64,000 nt of DNA, taken from positions 576,001-640,000 of the forward strand of contig CAVYKI010000006.1 of NCBI GenBank assembly GCA_963769025.1, written 5' to 3'. Origin of the DNA: an uncultured Verrucomicrobiae bacterium. Lineage in GTDB: Bacteria; Verrucomicrobiota; Verrucomicrobiia; Chthoniobacterales; Chthoniobacteraceae. The position numbers and the translations under genes were made by a program. Below are positions 38,460 to 48,751 of the stretch, one piece after another. How positions within the stretch are numbered: position 1 is the first letter of the stretch; each line of letters starts with the position of its first letter. The notes under the pieces were generated by a model that searched no databases, had not been told where the DNA came from, and saw nothing but the letters and a program-made list of their open reading frames with translations.

Positions 38460-40406
38460 TCAGATCTCGAAGTCCGTCTCGAATTTCAGCCGCTCGCGCA
38501 GGAACTCCAGCACCTGCGCCGTGCTTTCGCCGACGGTGAGCTTGCTCGTCTCGACGACCATCTCCGGATCGCTCGGCGCTTCGTAAGGCGCGTCAATTCC
38601 GGTGAACTGTTTGATCTCCCCGGCGCGCGCTTTTTTGTAGAGGCCCTTCGTGTCGCGCTGCTCGCAGACTTCGAGCGAGGCGTTCACATACACCTCGTAA
38701 AAGTCCACGCCGCTCTCGCATGCGATGGCGCGCGCGCGGCGGCGGTCGGCCTGGTACGGCGAGATGAATGCGGTGATGACGACCACGCCCGCATCGGCCA
38801 TGAGCCGCGCAGTCTCCGCGACGCGGCGGATGTTTTCCACGCGGTCCTCGGGCGAGAAGCCGAGGTTCGAGTTCAGCCCGTGGCGGATGTTGTCGCCGTC
38901 GAGGATGTAGGTCTGCATCCCGAGGTTGAAGAGTTCGCGATCCAGTTCGTGCGAGAGCGTGCTTTTGCCGCTGCCGCTCAGGCCGGTGAACCACACGATC
39001 GCGCCCTTGTGCCCGTTGCGCGCGAAGCGCCGGACCTGCGTGACTGCGCCGTCACTCCAGAAAATGTTCGAGGACTTCGGCTGCGTGCGATCCGTGTAAA
39101 CGCCGCCGAAGATGATGCCGCCGCCCGCGACGTTGCGGTTGTCCACGATGACAAATCGCCCAAGCAGCGCGTTGCGATCCGCGTTGTCAAAAGCGAGCGC
39201 GCCGCGCGTCTGGATGGTGATTTCCGCGACGTCGTTCTTTGCGATGTAGCCGCGGTCGCCGGGGAGCGCGTCGAGCGTGGAGGCGTCGATGATGCGCTCG
39301 ATGCTCACGACCTCCGCATCGAGTTCCTGCGTCGTGAGCTTCAGCTTGTAGCGTTCGCCGACGGTGAGGTTTCGCTTGCCCATCCAGAACAGCCGCGCCT
39401 TGAAACGGTTCGATTCAATCGGCGATTCCTGCTCGTGCGAGGCGACGTGCCCGCGGTCCACGAAAATCTGCTCCGTGAGCGTGATGCCGATGCTTTCCCC
39501 CGCGGTCGCGGAAGTCTTCGGCGGCGCATTCCAGTTTTCGATGGTCTTGATGACCGCCGTCTTGTTGCCCGGCGAAAACACGAGCGTGTCGCCGACCTTC
39601 AGCGACCCCGCCTCGATGCGGCCCGCGATGATGCGCCGGTCGTCAAAACGATACACGTCCTGCACGGGGAACCGCAGCGGCAGATCGTTGAGCGGCTTCG
39701 GCGGCTCGAAGGAATCGAGCATGTCGGTGATCGTCGGCCCCGTGTACCAAGGCATCCCGGACTGCGGGTTACTCGCCGCAGAAGCTTCGCCCGCGCGGCT
39801 CGCGACATTGATCCCGCTGCGTGCCGAAATCGGAACGAACGCGCGCGCCTCCAGCCCGATCTCCTTCAGAAACGCCGAGTAGTTCTTCACCACGTCGTCG
39901 AAGACATCCTGCCGGAAATCCACGAGGTCCATCTTGTTCACCGCGACGACGACCTGTTTGATGCCGAGCAGCGACAGCAGGTAGCCGTGCCGCCGCGACT
40001 GTTCCTGCACGCCTTCGTTCGCCGCGATCAGCAGCACCGCCGCATCCGCGCTCGCCGCGCCGGTGATCATGTTTTTCAGGAACTCCTTGTGCCCCGGCGC
40101 ATCGATGATCACGTACGGCCGCTTCGCCGTCTTGAACTGAATCTGCGTCGTATCAATCGTGATATTTTGCGCCTGCTCCTCGAGCAGCGCATCGAGCAGG
40201 AACGCATACTCAAACTCCATGCCCTCCTCTTTGCACGCCGCCTGGATCTGCTCGACTTTGCCGTCCGGCAGCGACTTCGTGTCGTAGAAAATGCGCCCGA
40301 TGAGCGTGCTCTTGCCGTGGTCCACATGACCGACGAAGACGACGCGGAGGCGGCGGACGGAGTTGGTGCTTGAGGCGTTATCGGCTGAGGTGCTAGAAGT
40401 GGACAT
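38460..40406 (-). CDS. cysNC: Bifunctional sulfate adenylyltransferase subunit 1 / APS kinase
   Basis: [55 protein letters not shown]. Confidence 0.96.
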   Translation of the reverse strand: MSTSSTSADNASSTNSVRRLRVVFVGHVDHGKSTLIGRIFYDTKSLPDGKVEQIQAACKEEGMEFEYAFLLDALLEEQAQNITIDTTQIQFKTAKRPYVIIDAPGHKEFLKNMITGAASADAAVLLIAANEGVQEQSRRHGYLLSLLGIKQVVVAVNKMDLVDFRQDVFDDVVKNYSAFLKEIGLEARAFVPISARSGINVASRAGEASAASNPQSGMPWYTGPTITDMLDSFEPPKPLNDLPLRFPVQDVYRFDDRRIIAGRIEAGSLKVGDTLVFSPGNKTAVIKTIENWNAPPKTSATAGESIGITLTEQIFVDRGHVASHEQESPIESNRFKARLFWMGKRNLTVGERYKLKLTTQELDAEVVSIERIIDASTLDALPGDRGYIAKNDVAEITIQTRGALAFDNADRNALLGRFVIVDNRNVAGGGIIFGGVYTDRTQPKSSNIFWSDGAVTQVRRFARNGHKGAIVWFTGLSGSGKSTLSHELDRELFNLGMQTYILDGDNIRHGLNSNLGFSPEDRVENIRRVAETARLMADAGVVVITAFISPYQADRRRARAIACESGVDFYEVYVNASLEVCEQRDTKGLYKKARAGEIKQFTGIDAPYEAPSDPEMVVETSKLTVGESTAQVLEFLRERLKFETDFEI

Positions 40407-40608
40407 GACTTTCAAAGTGATAGTTCACCGCGCAGAGGAGGGCGGCTTTTGGGCAGAGGTGCCGGCGATTCCAGGCTGTGCCACGCAGGGCGAGACGCAC
40501 GAGGAACTCCTGGCGAACGTTCGCGAGGCCATCGAGGGGTGCCTCTCGGTGGACGTGACGGATTTCGAGCGGCATCCCGACGACGAGATCGTGCAGCTCG
40601 CGGTGTGA
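40405..40608 (+). CDS. hicB: HicB-family antitoxin (short, no DNA-binding tail)
   Basis: [43 protein letters not shown]. Confidence 0.9.
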   Translation: MTFKVIVHRAEEGGFWAEVPAIPGCATQGETHEELLANVREAIEGCLSVDVTDFERHPDDEIVQLAV

Positions 40609-40811
40609 AAGCGATCTCCGGCAAGGATTTCGTGCGCCTTCTTCAGCAGAAGGGCTGGCAGCTCGCGCGTATCAACGGTAGCCATCACATTTTCACGAAG
40701 CCGGGCAGGCGTGAGCGCATCGTTGTTCCCGTTCACGGGAACCAGTCGCTGAAAATTGGCTTGCTGCGGCATCAGATGAAGATTGCTGGAATCGAGGAGA
40801 GCGAATTGTAG
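40605..40811 (+). CDS. hicA: HicA-family toxin
   Basis: GTG start overlaps the hicB stop; SGKDFVRLL..GW..GSHHIF..VPVH..LKIGLL. Confidence 0.9.
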   Translation: MKAISGKDFVRLLQQKGWQLARINGSHHIFTKPGRRERIVVPVHGNQSLKIGLLRHQMKIAGIEESEL

Positions 40812-40817
40812 CGAGGC

Positions 40818-41762
40818 CTACATGAAGCCCTTCGCGCGGAGCTTCTGCATCGCGTTGCGTTCGTGGTGATCCTGCGCGCGGCCGGCGCGCTCGCTGGTCT
40901 TGGTGTGCGCGAGTTCGTCCACGATTTTGTCAATGGTGTCGGCCTCGCTCTCGACCGGGCCGGAGATGGGCCAGCAGCCGAGTGAACGGAAGCGGTAGCG
41001 GTGCCCGTCCTTCGCCTTGCGGGCGAAATACATCTTCGGGATCGGGATGCCTTCGCGCTGGATGTACATCCAGATGTCGCGTTCGCTCCAGTCGAGCAGC
41101 GCCTGCACGCGGACGTGCTCGCCCGGCGCGCAGCTCGTCGTGAACTGGTTCCAAAACTCCGGCGGCTGATCCTTGTAGTCCCACTCGAAGTCCTTTGTGC
41201 GCGGTGAAAAGTAGCGCTCCTTCGCGCGCGTCGGATCCTCGTCGCGGCGGATGCCGGTGATGAGCGCGTCCCACTTGTGCTCGGCCATCACCTGCTGGAG
41301 CGCGACGGTCTTCAGCTCGTGCGTCACCGTCACCGGGTCCGTCGTGTCGTAGCCGATGGGCCCGCGCTTTTCCCACTCGCCGCGTCCCGCGCGCGCGTCC
41401 TCGTTGATTTTCACGATGAGATTCAGCCCGTGATACTTCACCGCCCAGTCGCGGTACTCGATCATCTCGGGAAATTCGTAGGTCGTATCGATGTGCAGGA
41501 GCGGGTAGGGGATGTGCCCGCCGAACGCCTTTTTCGAGAGCCAGATGAGGACGTTCGAGTCCTTGCCCATGCTCCACGGCATGCAGATGTTTTTGAAATG
41601 ATGGAAAGCCTCGCGGATGAGGAACACGCTCTGCGCCTCGAGCTGGTCCAGGTGCTCCTGGTCGCTGTGCGCGATTTTCTCCGGGAAAAACGCAGCCGGT
41701 TCATCGGCCCCCGGCGCTGCGTAGAGCCGGGAGTAGGCGGGGTGCTTGGAAAAGTCGGACAT
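40818..41762 (-). CDS. cysD: Sulfate adenylyltransferase subunit 2
   Basis: LEAQSVFLIRE, SMGKDS, HIDT, RRDE..RAKERYFS, RFRSLGC, SERAGRAQD. Confidence 0.96.
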   Translation of the reverse strand: MSDFSKHPAYSRLYAAPGADEPAAFFPEKIAHSDQEHLDQLEAQSVFLIREAFHHFKNICMPWSMGKDSNVLIWLSKKAFGGHIPYPLLHIDTTYEFPEMIEYRDWAVKYHGLNLIVKINEDARAGRGEWEKRGPIGYDTTDPVTVTHELKTVALQQVMAEHKWDALITGIRRDEDPTRAKERYFSPRTKDFEWDYKDQPPEFWNQFTTSCAPGEHVRVQALLDWSERDIWMYIQREGIPIPKMYFARKAKDGHRYRFRSLGCWPISGPVESEADTIDKIVDELAHTKTSERAGRAQDHHERNAMQKLRAKGFM

Positions 41763-42162
41763 CGAAGGGTGAAAGGGCGGAGTTTTCGGAAAGGGGCGGG
41801 GAGAAAAGCAGTCAAAATGTTGATTGTCTATCGGGAAAATAGACTTTGTCCGTTTCAGTCGAGGATCGGGGGCGCGAAGATGCGGAACGGGTGTGAAAGT
41901 CCTGACGGCATTCCGAGTTGCGGTGTGCTTTGACCGGTTCCACCGTGAGGAAGCGTATCCCGCGATCGATTAGTGGTGCAATCAACCGTCTTACCGGGCT
42001 CATTTTCTCGGGCCACTCGGAGAGATGGTCCAAGGGGTCAATCCCCGGTGTCCAGATTCCTCAGGCAATGGCGGCGTGTCGCGCAACGCTTCGCATGCTT
42101 GCATTGAAAGGGCGCGCCGCGGATACTTCGAGCCCTTCTCTCAAATCAACCAAAACACAACC

Positions 42163-42801
42163 ATGGCATACGAACTACCTGCACTTCCCTACGCAACCAA
42201 CGCGCTCGAGCCGCACATCGATGCGCGCACGATGGAAATCCATCACGGCAAGCATCACAACGCGTATGTGACGAATCTCAACAACGCGCTGAAGGATCAC
42301 GCCGATCTCGCCGCGAAGACCATCGACGACCTTTGCAAGAGCATCGCCTCGGTGCCGGAAGCGATTCGCGGCCCGGTGCGCAACAACGGCGGCGGGCACT
42401 GGAACCATTCCTTTTTCTGGAAGCTCATGAAGGCGAATGCCGAGGGCAAGCCGGTGGGCAAGCCGGTGGGCAAGCTCGCGGAGGCGATCACGGCGACGTT
42501 CGGGAGCTTCGAGGCGTTTCAGGAGAAATTCGCGGCGGCTGCGGCGACGCGTTTCGGCAGCGGCTGGGCGTGGCTTTGCGTAAAGGACGGCAAGCTGGCG
42601 ATCTGCTCGACGGCGAACCAGGACAACCCGCTCATGGGCGAAGCGGTCGGCGGCTGCGGCGGCACGCCGGTGCTCGGACTCGATGTCTGGGAGCACGCCT
42701 ACTATCTCAACTACCAGAACCGCCGCCCCGACTACGTGAAGGCGTGGTGGAACGTGGTGAACTGGGCGCAGGCCGAGGCGAATTTCGCAGCGGCGAAGTA
42801 G
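42163..42801 (+). CDS. sodA: Mn/Fe superoxide dismutase
   Basis: [32 protein letters not shown]. Confidence 0.95.
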   Translation: MAYELPALPYATNALEPHIDARTMEIHHGKHHNAYVTNLNNALKDHADLAAKTIDDLCKSIASVPEAIRGPVRNNGGGHWNHSFFWKLMKANAEGKPVGKPVGKLAEAITATFGSFEAFQEKFAAAAATRFGSGWAWLCVKDGKLAICSTANQDNPLMGEAVGGCGGTPVLGLDVWEHAYYLNYQNRRPDYVKAWWNVVNWAQAEANFAAAK

Positions 42802-42821
42802 CGCCGGCGCGAGTCGTCTTC

Positions 42822-42857
42822 AAAAGCCCGGCTGTCCGAAAGGCGGCCGGGCTTTTT
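42822..42857 (+). terminator. Intrinsic terminator after sod
   Basis: AAAAGCCCGGCTGTC-CGAAA-GGCGGCCGGGCTTTTT. Confidence 0.85.
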
Positions 42858-42899
42858 GCTGCACGGACATCGGGAGCATCCGCGGAAAGGAGGAGTCTA

Positions 42900-43046
42900 T
42901 CCGCAGATTTCGCAGATGGAGGCAGATTGTCGGAGAGGAGCGGAGGGAAGCGCAAACGCATCCGCGGCGCATCCGGGGTGCAGCCGCGTGCTTCGGAGGC
43001 CGCTTGTTCGATTTTTCCTCTGCGAAAATCTGCATAATCTGCGGAC
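42900..43046. repeat. REP-like palindrome of GCAGAT nonamer units with ~70-nt interior
   Basis: TCCGCAGATTTCGCAGATGGAGGCAGAT versus CTCTGCGAAAATCTGCATAATCTGCGGA. Confidence 0.75.
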
Positions 43047-43065
43047 AACCCCGCCGCTAGCTGGG

Positions 43066-44664
43066 TTACCCGAGCGAGGCGACGGAGGCGGCGGTGATCA
43101 GCGGAAGCAGCGCGTACCGGGAATCGCGGCGCGGCTTGTTCGGCTTCGGCTCGCGGGATTGCTGGGGCTGGCGCTGCTGCTGGGGACGGGATTCGGTATC
43201 AGCCGGCGCTTCGTGCATTCCCGCAGTCTCGGCGGCGATGTCGTGGCGATGGTCGTCCGCGTGCCCAGCTTCCTTGCGGGCGGGAGGGAGTTCCATGCAG
43301 CCATTCTGAAATTCCACGACGTAGCCGAGTTGGACGAGGTAGTGGAGGTCCGCGGCGAGCGCTGAGAGCTTTGCCTCGTGGGCTTGTTGGGCTTCCTCGG
43401 TCGCATCGGGCGGGAGTGTGCCGAGAAGCCGCGCGGCAAGCTGCGGACGCTTCATTCCGGGATGCTCGCCGACCGCGGTCAGGATGGCGCTGATGCCCTC
43501 GGAAAATGCCTGCTCGGGGTGCCGCTGCGGGCGGATGCCGGAGGCGTAGAGGATTTTCCGCTTCCACTTGAAGAGCTGCAGCCCGGCTTCGTTGAAGTAA
43601 GGACGCAGCGCATTCACCATTTGCACGGGCACCTCGCGCTCGCGCTCCACGGCGTCGCGCACGGTGAAGCCGATGCTCTTGTCCAGCAGTGAACCGGCGA
43701 TGGCACCGCCGACTTCGAGCGAGTTGCCGCTGGTCAGCAGCGAAGGAAGGTGCGTTTTGCGGAAGTGCTCCTCGGCCTCCTGCTCGGTCTTGAAAACAAT
43801 CGGCTCCTCGCCCTCGGCGACCTTGGTCTTGTAGGTAGTGACGCTGCTCGCCTGCTGCTTCCACTGCTCGACGGCGGCGGGGTCGGTGACGTTGTCGATG
43901 TTCCGCTGGAAGTCCTGGAACGACATCCGGCGCGCGTAGCGCTCCTCGTAAAGCTTGCGCAGCGCGACCTGGTAGCCGTGGTGACTCGACGGCCCGAGAA
44001 GTGCGCCGCTGAGACGGTCGCGCGCGACGCTCGTGTAGTTGCCCTTCGGCGGCTCGCCCTGCACGACTTCGGTGATGTAGTGCTTGTCGAAGTTCGCCTT
44101 GAACGCACCGCTCTCGACGGCGGAACGATCGAAGGAAAGCGGACCTTCGCAGATGCGATACATCACGGCATTTGGATCGAGCGCCGTCACACGCACGCGG
44201 AACCGGTCGAAGCGATCCATGAACATGTTCGCGACGCGGAAGACGCCGCAAGCGCGTGCGCTGGCCTTGATCTGCTTTGCGATCCCCGCCGCGGCTGCCG
44301 GTTCGGGAAGGATCTCCACTTTCACCACGGGAACACGCGGCGCCTGCGGCTCCGGCGGGCGCTGGTCGCGAAATCCACGGTCGTCGCGCTGCCCGCGGGG
44401 GCCTCCGAATCCGCCCGGTTTGCCCTGCCGTCCGCCCGGTCCGGAAGGGCGCCCGCCGCCACGGTCATCCCTGCGCGGCCCGCGATCCCGATCGCCCTGC
44501 GGCGGGCGCGGTCCACGGCTCGGACCCCGGCCCGGTCCGCGGCGGTCGTCACGTTCGCGACGCGGTTCTTCGCCCGCGAAATCCGCGTAGCGGTTCGGTG
44601 CAGGTGCCTCCTTCAGCCAGGCAGGCAGGAATTTCAAATCGAGTTCAACAGGCGAATCACTCAT
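43066..44664 (-). CDS. Hypothetical protein with R/G/D-rich disordered N-terminus
   Basis: Long ORF with typical codon usage; ATG 44664 (MSDSPVELDLKFLPAW). Confidence 0.8.
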   Translation of the reverse strand: MSDSPVELDLKFLPAWLKEAPAPNRYADFAGEEPRRERDDRRGPGRGPSRGPRPPQGDRDRGPRRDDRGGGRPSGPGGRQGKPGGFGGPRGQRDDRGFRDQRPPEPQAPRVPVVKVEILPEPAAAAGIAKQIKASARACGVFRVANMFMDRFDRFRVRVTALDPNAVMYRICEGPLSFDRSAVESGAFKANFDKHYITEVVQGEPPKGNYTSVARDRLSGALLGPSSHHGYQVALRKLYEERYARRMSFQDFQRNIDNVTDPAAVEQWKQQASSVTTYKTKVAEGEEPIVFKTEQEAEEHFRKTHLPSLLTSGNSLEVGGAIAGSLLDKSIGFTVRDAVEREREVPVQMVNALRPYFNEAGLQLFKWKRKILYASGIRPQRHPEQAFSEGISAILTAVGEHPGMKRPQLAARLLGTLPPDATEEAQQAHEAKLSALAADLHYLVQLGYVVEFQNGCMELPPARKEAGHADDHRHDIAAETAGMHEAPADTESRPQQQRQPQQSREPKPNKPRRDSRYALLPLITAASVASLG

Positions 44665-44820
44665 GTGCGAAGACCGTAAAGCATTCCCGCGGGAATTGGC
44701 AACCACGGCGGAACATTGCGCGCGTTTCTCAGTGCGGAAATATTTTCGAACTTTCGTTGTTGCCAACCTGCGGAACGAACCATAAAGCAACCGCCCGTTT
44801 CGAAAACTACCATCTACGCC

Positions 44821-45066
44821 ATGTCCGAAAAATCCATCTCAGAAAAGGTCAAAGAAATCATCGTCGAACAACTCGGCGTGAACCCTGAACAGGTCACCGA
44901 ATCCGCATCGTTCATCGAGGATCTCGGCGCCGACTCGCTCGACACTGTCGAACTCGTCATGGCCTTCGAGGAGGTCTTCGGCGTGGAAGTACCGGACGAG
45001 GACGCCGAGAAGCTCCAGACCGTCGGCAACGTCGTCGATTACATCGAGAAAAAGACCGCGAAGTAA
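44821..45066 (+). CDS. acpP: Acyl carrier protein
   Basis: [21 protein letters not shown]. Confidence 0.98.
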   Translation: MSEKSISEKVKEIIVEQLGVNPEQVTESASFIEDLGADSLDTVELVMAFEEVFGVEVPDEDAEKLQTVGNVVDYIEKKTAK

Positions 45067-45100
45067 GCGCTTCGCGAACCCATTTCCCAACACGAAGGAG

Positions 45101-45130
45101 ACCCAGCCAGCCGGCTGGGTTTTCTTTTTC
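45101..45130 (+). terminator. Intrinsic terminator after acpP
   Basis: ACCCAGCC-AGCC-GGCTGGGT followed by TTTCTTTTT. Confidence 0.85.
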
Positions 45131-45212
45131 CCGGCCGAGGTGCCGCCGGCTGGCAAATTTTTTTTGCAACGGCGCGCAACTACGGCGGACAGCGCGTGTT
45201 TCCCAGCCTCGT

Positions 45213-45671
45213 ATGAAACACTTCACACTCACCCTCAGTCTCGCCGCGACGGCGTTGCTCACCCTCCCCACGCTCAGCCTCGCGGCTGACGAAGCCAAAC
45301 CCGAGCGCAAGCGCCCCGAAGGCGCCGGCGGCCCCGGCGGCCAGCGCCCCAATCCCGAGGAGCGCCTCAAGCGCATGACCGAAACGCTCGGCCTCACGCA
45401 GGAGCAGCAGGACAAGGTCAAGGCGATCTTCGAAGGCGGCCGCGAAGAAATGGCGAAGCTGCGCGAAGTGCCGGAAGGCGAGCGCCGGGAGAAATTCGGC
45501 GAGTTCATGAAAGGTCAAAACGAAAAGGTCCTCGCGGTCCTCACGCCCGAGCAGCAGGAGAAGTATAAGGCTGCCGCTGCGGAGCGTGCGAAGCAGGCCG
45601 GCGACCGTAAGCCGGGCGACCGCAAGCCGGGCGACCGCAAACCGGGCGACCGCAAGCCGGAAGCGAAATAA
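45213..45671 (+). CDS. Periplasmic Spy/CpxP-like (LTxxQ) protein with (GDRKP)4 tail
   Basis: Signal peptide; LGLTQEQQ and VLTPEQQ motifs. Confidence 0.8.
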   Translation: MKHFTLTLSLAATALLTLPTLSLAADEAKPERKRPEGAGGPGGQRPNPEERLKRMTETLGLTQEQQDKVKAIFEGGREEMAKLREVPEGERREKFGEFMKGQNEKVLAVLTPEQQEKYKAAAAERAKQAGDRKPGDRKPGDRKPGDRKPEAK

Positions 45672-45699
45672 CCGAACCGAAACTTCAACCAATCTCACG

Positions 45700-45736
45700 A
45701 AGGGCGGGAAGCGTTGGCTTCCCGCCCTTTTCTTTT
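45700..45736 (+). terminator. Intrinsic terminator
   Basis: AAGGGCGGGAAGC/GCTTCCCGCCCTT followed by a T-run. Confidence 0.85.
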
Positions 45737-45908
45737 GGCTACGGACGATAGTTCGGACGAAGAACCGCGCCCGACGGGATTTCGGCTTGCGCGCGCCGGC
45801 GTCGATATTTGAACGGATGTGCCGGGGCATCCTTATCCCGACATCGCCAAGCGAAATCTTGCCGAGCATGATTTGTCCCTCTACAAGCTGCGCTCCGCTT
45901 TTCACACG

Positions 45909-47096
45909 ATGAATATCCACGAGTACCAAGCCCGCGAACTTTTCGGAAAATTTGGAGTCGCCACCCAACCGGGGCGCGTCGCCAGCACTGCGGAGGAGGC
46001 GGAGAAAGTCGCCGTGGAAGTCGGCACGAAGAACGTCATCGTGAAGGCGCAGATCCACGCGGGCGGACGCGGAAAGGGCACCTTCAAGAGCGGATTCAAG
46101 GGCGGTGTGCACCTCGCGAGTTCGCCGGCGGAGGCGCGGGATTTTGCGGGGAAGATGCTCGGCCAGACGCTCGTGACGCACCAGACGGGGCCGGACGGGA
46201 AACTCGTCGGAAAGGTCTTCGTCGGCGAGGCCGTGGACATCGCGAAGGAACTGTATTTTGCAATCCTCCAGGATCGCGCGACGAGCGGCTACACGATCAT
46301 CGCCAGCACCGAGGGCGGCGTGAACATCGAGGAGGTCGCCGAGCACACGCCGGAGAAAATCGCGCGCGAGCACATCCACCCGACGCTCGGCTTCCAGTCG
46401 TATCAGGGTCGGAAAATCGCGGCGGCACTCGGCCTCCGCGGACCGCTCATGACGCAGGCGGTGAAACTCTTTACGAATCTCTTCAAACTTTTCCTCAGCG
46501 CCGACTGCTCGATGGTGGAAATCAACCCGCTCGTCATCACGACGGATGGCCGGCTCATGGCGCTGGATGCGAAGTTCAACTTCGACGACAACGCGCTCTT
46601 CCGGCATCCGGAGATCGTTGCGATGCGGGACAAATCCGAGGAGGATCCGCGCGAGGTCGCCGCGAGCGAATTCAACCTCAACTACATCGGCCTCGATGGA
46701 AACATCGCCTGCCTCGTCAACGGCGCGGGCCTCGCGATGGCGACGATGGACATCATCCAGCACTACGGCGGCAAGCCCGCGAACTTCCTCGATGTCGGCG
46801 GCGGCGCGAGCAAGGAGCAGGTCACGGCGGCGTTCAAAATCATCCTGAGCGACACCGCGGTGCAGGGCATCCTCGTGAACATCTTCGGAGGCATCATGGA
46901 CTGCGACGTGATCGCCAACGGCATCGTCGCCGCCGCGAAGGAAGTTCACATCGCCATCCCGCTCGTCGTGCGACTCGAAGGCAACAACGTCGCCGCCGGG
47001 AAGAAAACGCTCGCCACGAGCGGCCTCGCGATCTTGAGCGCCGACACGCTCGACGACGCAGCGCAGAAGATCGTCGCCGCAGTCAAAGCCAGCTAG
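45909..47096 (+). CDS. sucC: Succinyl-CoA synthetase beta subunit
   Basis: [40 protein letters not shown]. Confidence 0.98.
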   Translation: MNIHEYQARELFGKFGVATQPGRVASTAEEAEKVAVEVGTKNVIVKAQIHAGGRGKGTFKSGFKGGVHLASSPAEARDFAGKMLGQTLVTHQTGPDGKLVGKVFVGEAVDIAKELYFAILQDRATSGYTIIASTEGGVNIEEVAEHTPEKIAREHIHPTLGFQSYQGRKIAAALGLRGPLMTQAVKLFTNLFKLFLSADCSMVEINPLVITTDGRLMALDAKFNFDDNALFRHPEIVAMRDKSEEDPREVAASEFNLNYIGLDGNIACLVNGAGLAMATMDIIQHYGGKPANFLDVGGGASKEQVTAAFKIILSDTAVQGILVNIFGGIMDCDVIANGIVAAAKEVHIAIPLVVRLEGNNVAAGKKTLATSGLAILSADTLDDAAQKIVAAVKAS

Positions 47097-47105
47097 CCGC
47101 GCACA

Positions 47106-47480
47106 GTGAAAGTCACCGAACTCGCCTTTGCCTCCTACCCTGTCACCGACGTGGCGCGGGCGCGCGCTTTCTACGAAGGCGTGCTCGGCCTCAAGGCGAC
47201 GATGGACCAGGACATGGGCGAGAAAGGCCACTGGATCGAATACGACATCGGCGCAGGCACGCTCGGAATCGGGCGGTACGAGGGCTGGAAGCCCACGGGC
47301 GACGGATGCGTCGTTGCGCTCGAAATGGACGATTTCGACACCGCCATCGCGGAACTCAAAAACGCGGGGACGCCATTCCGCATGGGCCCGTTTGAGACGC
47401 CCATTTGCCACATGGCGATGGTGAGCGATCCGGACGGCAACACACTCATCATCCACAAGCGCAAGCCGGGGCACCACTGA
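47106..47480 (+). CDS. VOC/glyoxalase family protein
   Basis: [24 protein letters not shown]. Confidence 0.88.
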   Translation: MKVTELAFASYPVTDVARARAFYEGVLGLKATMDQDMGEKGHWIEYDIGAGTLGIGRYEGWKPTGDGCVVALEMDDFDTAIAELKNAGTPFRMGPFETPICHMAMVSDPDGNTLIIHKRKPGHH

Positions 47481-47520
47481 CCCTCATCCTTCAAACTTTC
47501 TTCCTTCATCCTTTTTTCCA

Positions 47521-48429
47521 ATGGCCATCCTCGTCACACCACAGACTCGCATCCTCGTCCAAGGCATCACCGGCGACTTCGGCTCGCGACACGCGAAGCT
47601 CTCGCTCGACTACGGCACGCAGCTCGTCGCCGGCGTCACGCCGGGAAAAGGCGGGCAGGTTTTTGAACATAACGGACACAAGGTGCCCGTCTTCGACACC
47701 GTCGCCGAGGCCGCGAAGCAGACCGGCGCGACCGTGAGTGTCATCTTCGTCCCGCCGCCGTTCGCCGCCGATGCGATCCTCGAGAGCGTGGACGCGGGAC
47801 TCGATCTCGCCGTCGCGATCACCGAAGGCATCCCGGTGAACGACATGGTGCGTGCGAAGGCCGCGATGGCCGGCAGCAAGACGCGGCTCATCGGGCCGAA
47901 TTGCCCCGGCCTCGTCACGCCCGGCACGGGCAAGGATTCGCACGGCGGCTGCCGCATCGGCATCGCGCCCGGCTACATTCACAAGCGCGGCAATGTCGGC
48001 GTCGTCTCGCGCAGCGGCACGCTCACGTATGAGGCCGTGTGGCAGCTCACCTCGCGCGGCTACGGGCAGACCACGTGCGTCGGCATCGGCGGCGATCCCG
48101 TGAACGGCACCTCGCATCTCGACGTGATGAAGATGTTCAACGAAGACCCCGAGACCGAAGCCATCATCATGATCGGCGAAATCGGCGGCGAAGCCGAGGA
48201 GCAGGCCGCGGCCTGGGTGAAGGCGAATTGCAAGAAGCCCGTCGCCGCATTCATCGCCGGAGCCAGCGCGCCTCCCGGACGCCGCATGGGCCACGCGGGC
48301 GCGATCGTGAGCGGAGGAAAAGGCACCGCCGCCGCTAAGATCGCCGCGCTCAAGGACGCCGGCATCGCCGTCTCCGAAACGCCGAGTGCGATGGCGGACA
48401 CGCTGCTGCGGCATTGGGGCAAGGCGTAG
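47521..48429 (+). CDS. sucD: Succinyl-CoA synthetase alpha subunit
   Basis: [32 protein letters not shown]. Confidence 0.98.
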   Translation: MAILVTPQTRILVQGITGDFGSRHAKLSLDYGTQLVAGVTPGKGGQVFEHNGHKVPVFDTVAEAAKQTGATVSVIFVPPPFAADAILESVDAGLDLAVAITEGIPVNDMVRAKAAMAGSKTRLIGPNCPGLVTPGTGKDSHGGCRIGIAPGYIHKRGNVGVVSRSGTLTYEAVWQLTSRGYGQTTCVGIGGDPVNGTSHLDVMKMFNEDPETEAIIMIGEIGGEAEEQAAAWVKANCKKPVAAFIAGASAPPGRRMGHAGAIVSGGKGTAAAKIAALKDAGIAVSETPSAMADTLLRHWGKA

Positions 48430-48751
48430 CCGTTCAGGTCATCCACGCCGGACGCGCCGCGTCAGGGATTGTTTTTCGATTCCGCCGATAATGTAGGATT
48501 TCGCACATCCGGGATGTGCGTTCAAAGCGGTCATCGTCGTTCGATGCGCAGATGAATTGCCGATTTCGGCGGATCCATTTGAGTGACGATATGAAGGCTT
48601 TCCATGATCTCAAAGTCGGCAGCCAGATCGCGATCCGCGGGTGTCGCCGTGTTTGCTCCGGGCTTCGCCGACGCTTCGGTGAATCCTTGCTGGACGTCCG
48701 AACTGACAGCGGCAAAACACCAGCGCGCCAATGTCGCGCCCTTTTCCCCTC

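Noticed and set aside
41940..42040. SAM-I riboswitch upstream of cysD
   Set aside because: Only a partial TGGCCCGA..GCCCGG resemblance on the minus strand; the conserved P1 AUC/GAU and GCAAC/GGUGC elements were not found
45150..45168. Sigma54 promoter CTGGCAAA-T8-GCA upstream of the Spy-like gene
   Set aside because: GG-to-GC spacing is 12 rather than 10; it would need a homopolymer error
48531..48731. 66-aa minus-strand ORF between sucD and the sulfatase
   Set aside because: No recognisable motif and weak start context; cannot be supported
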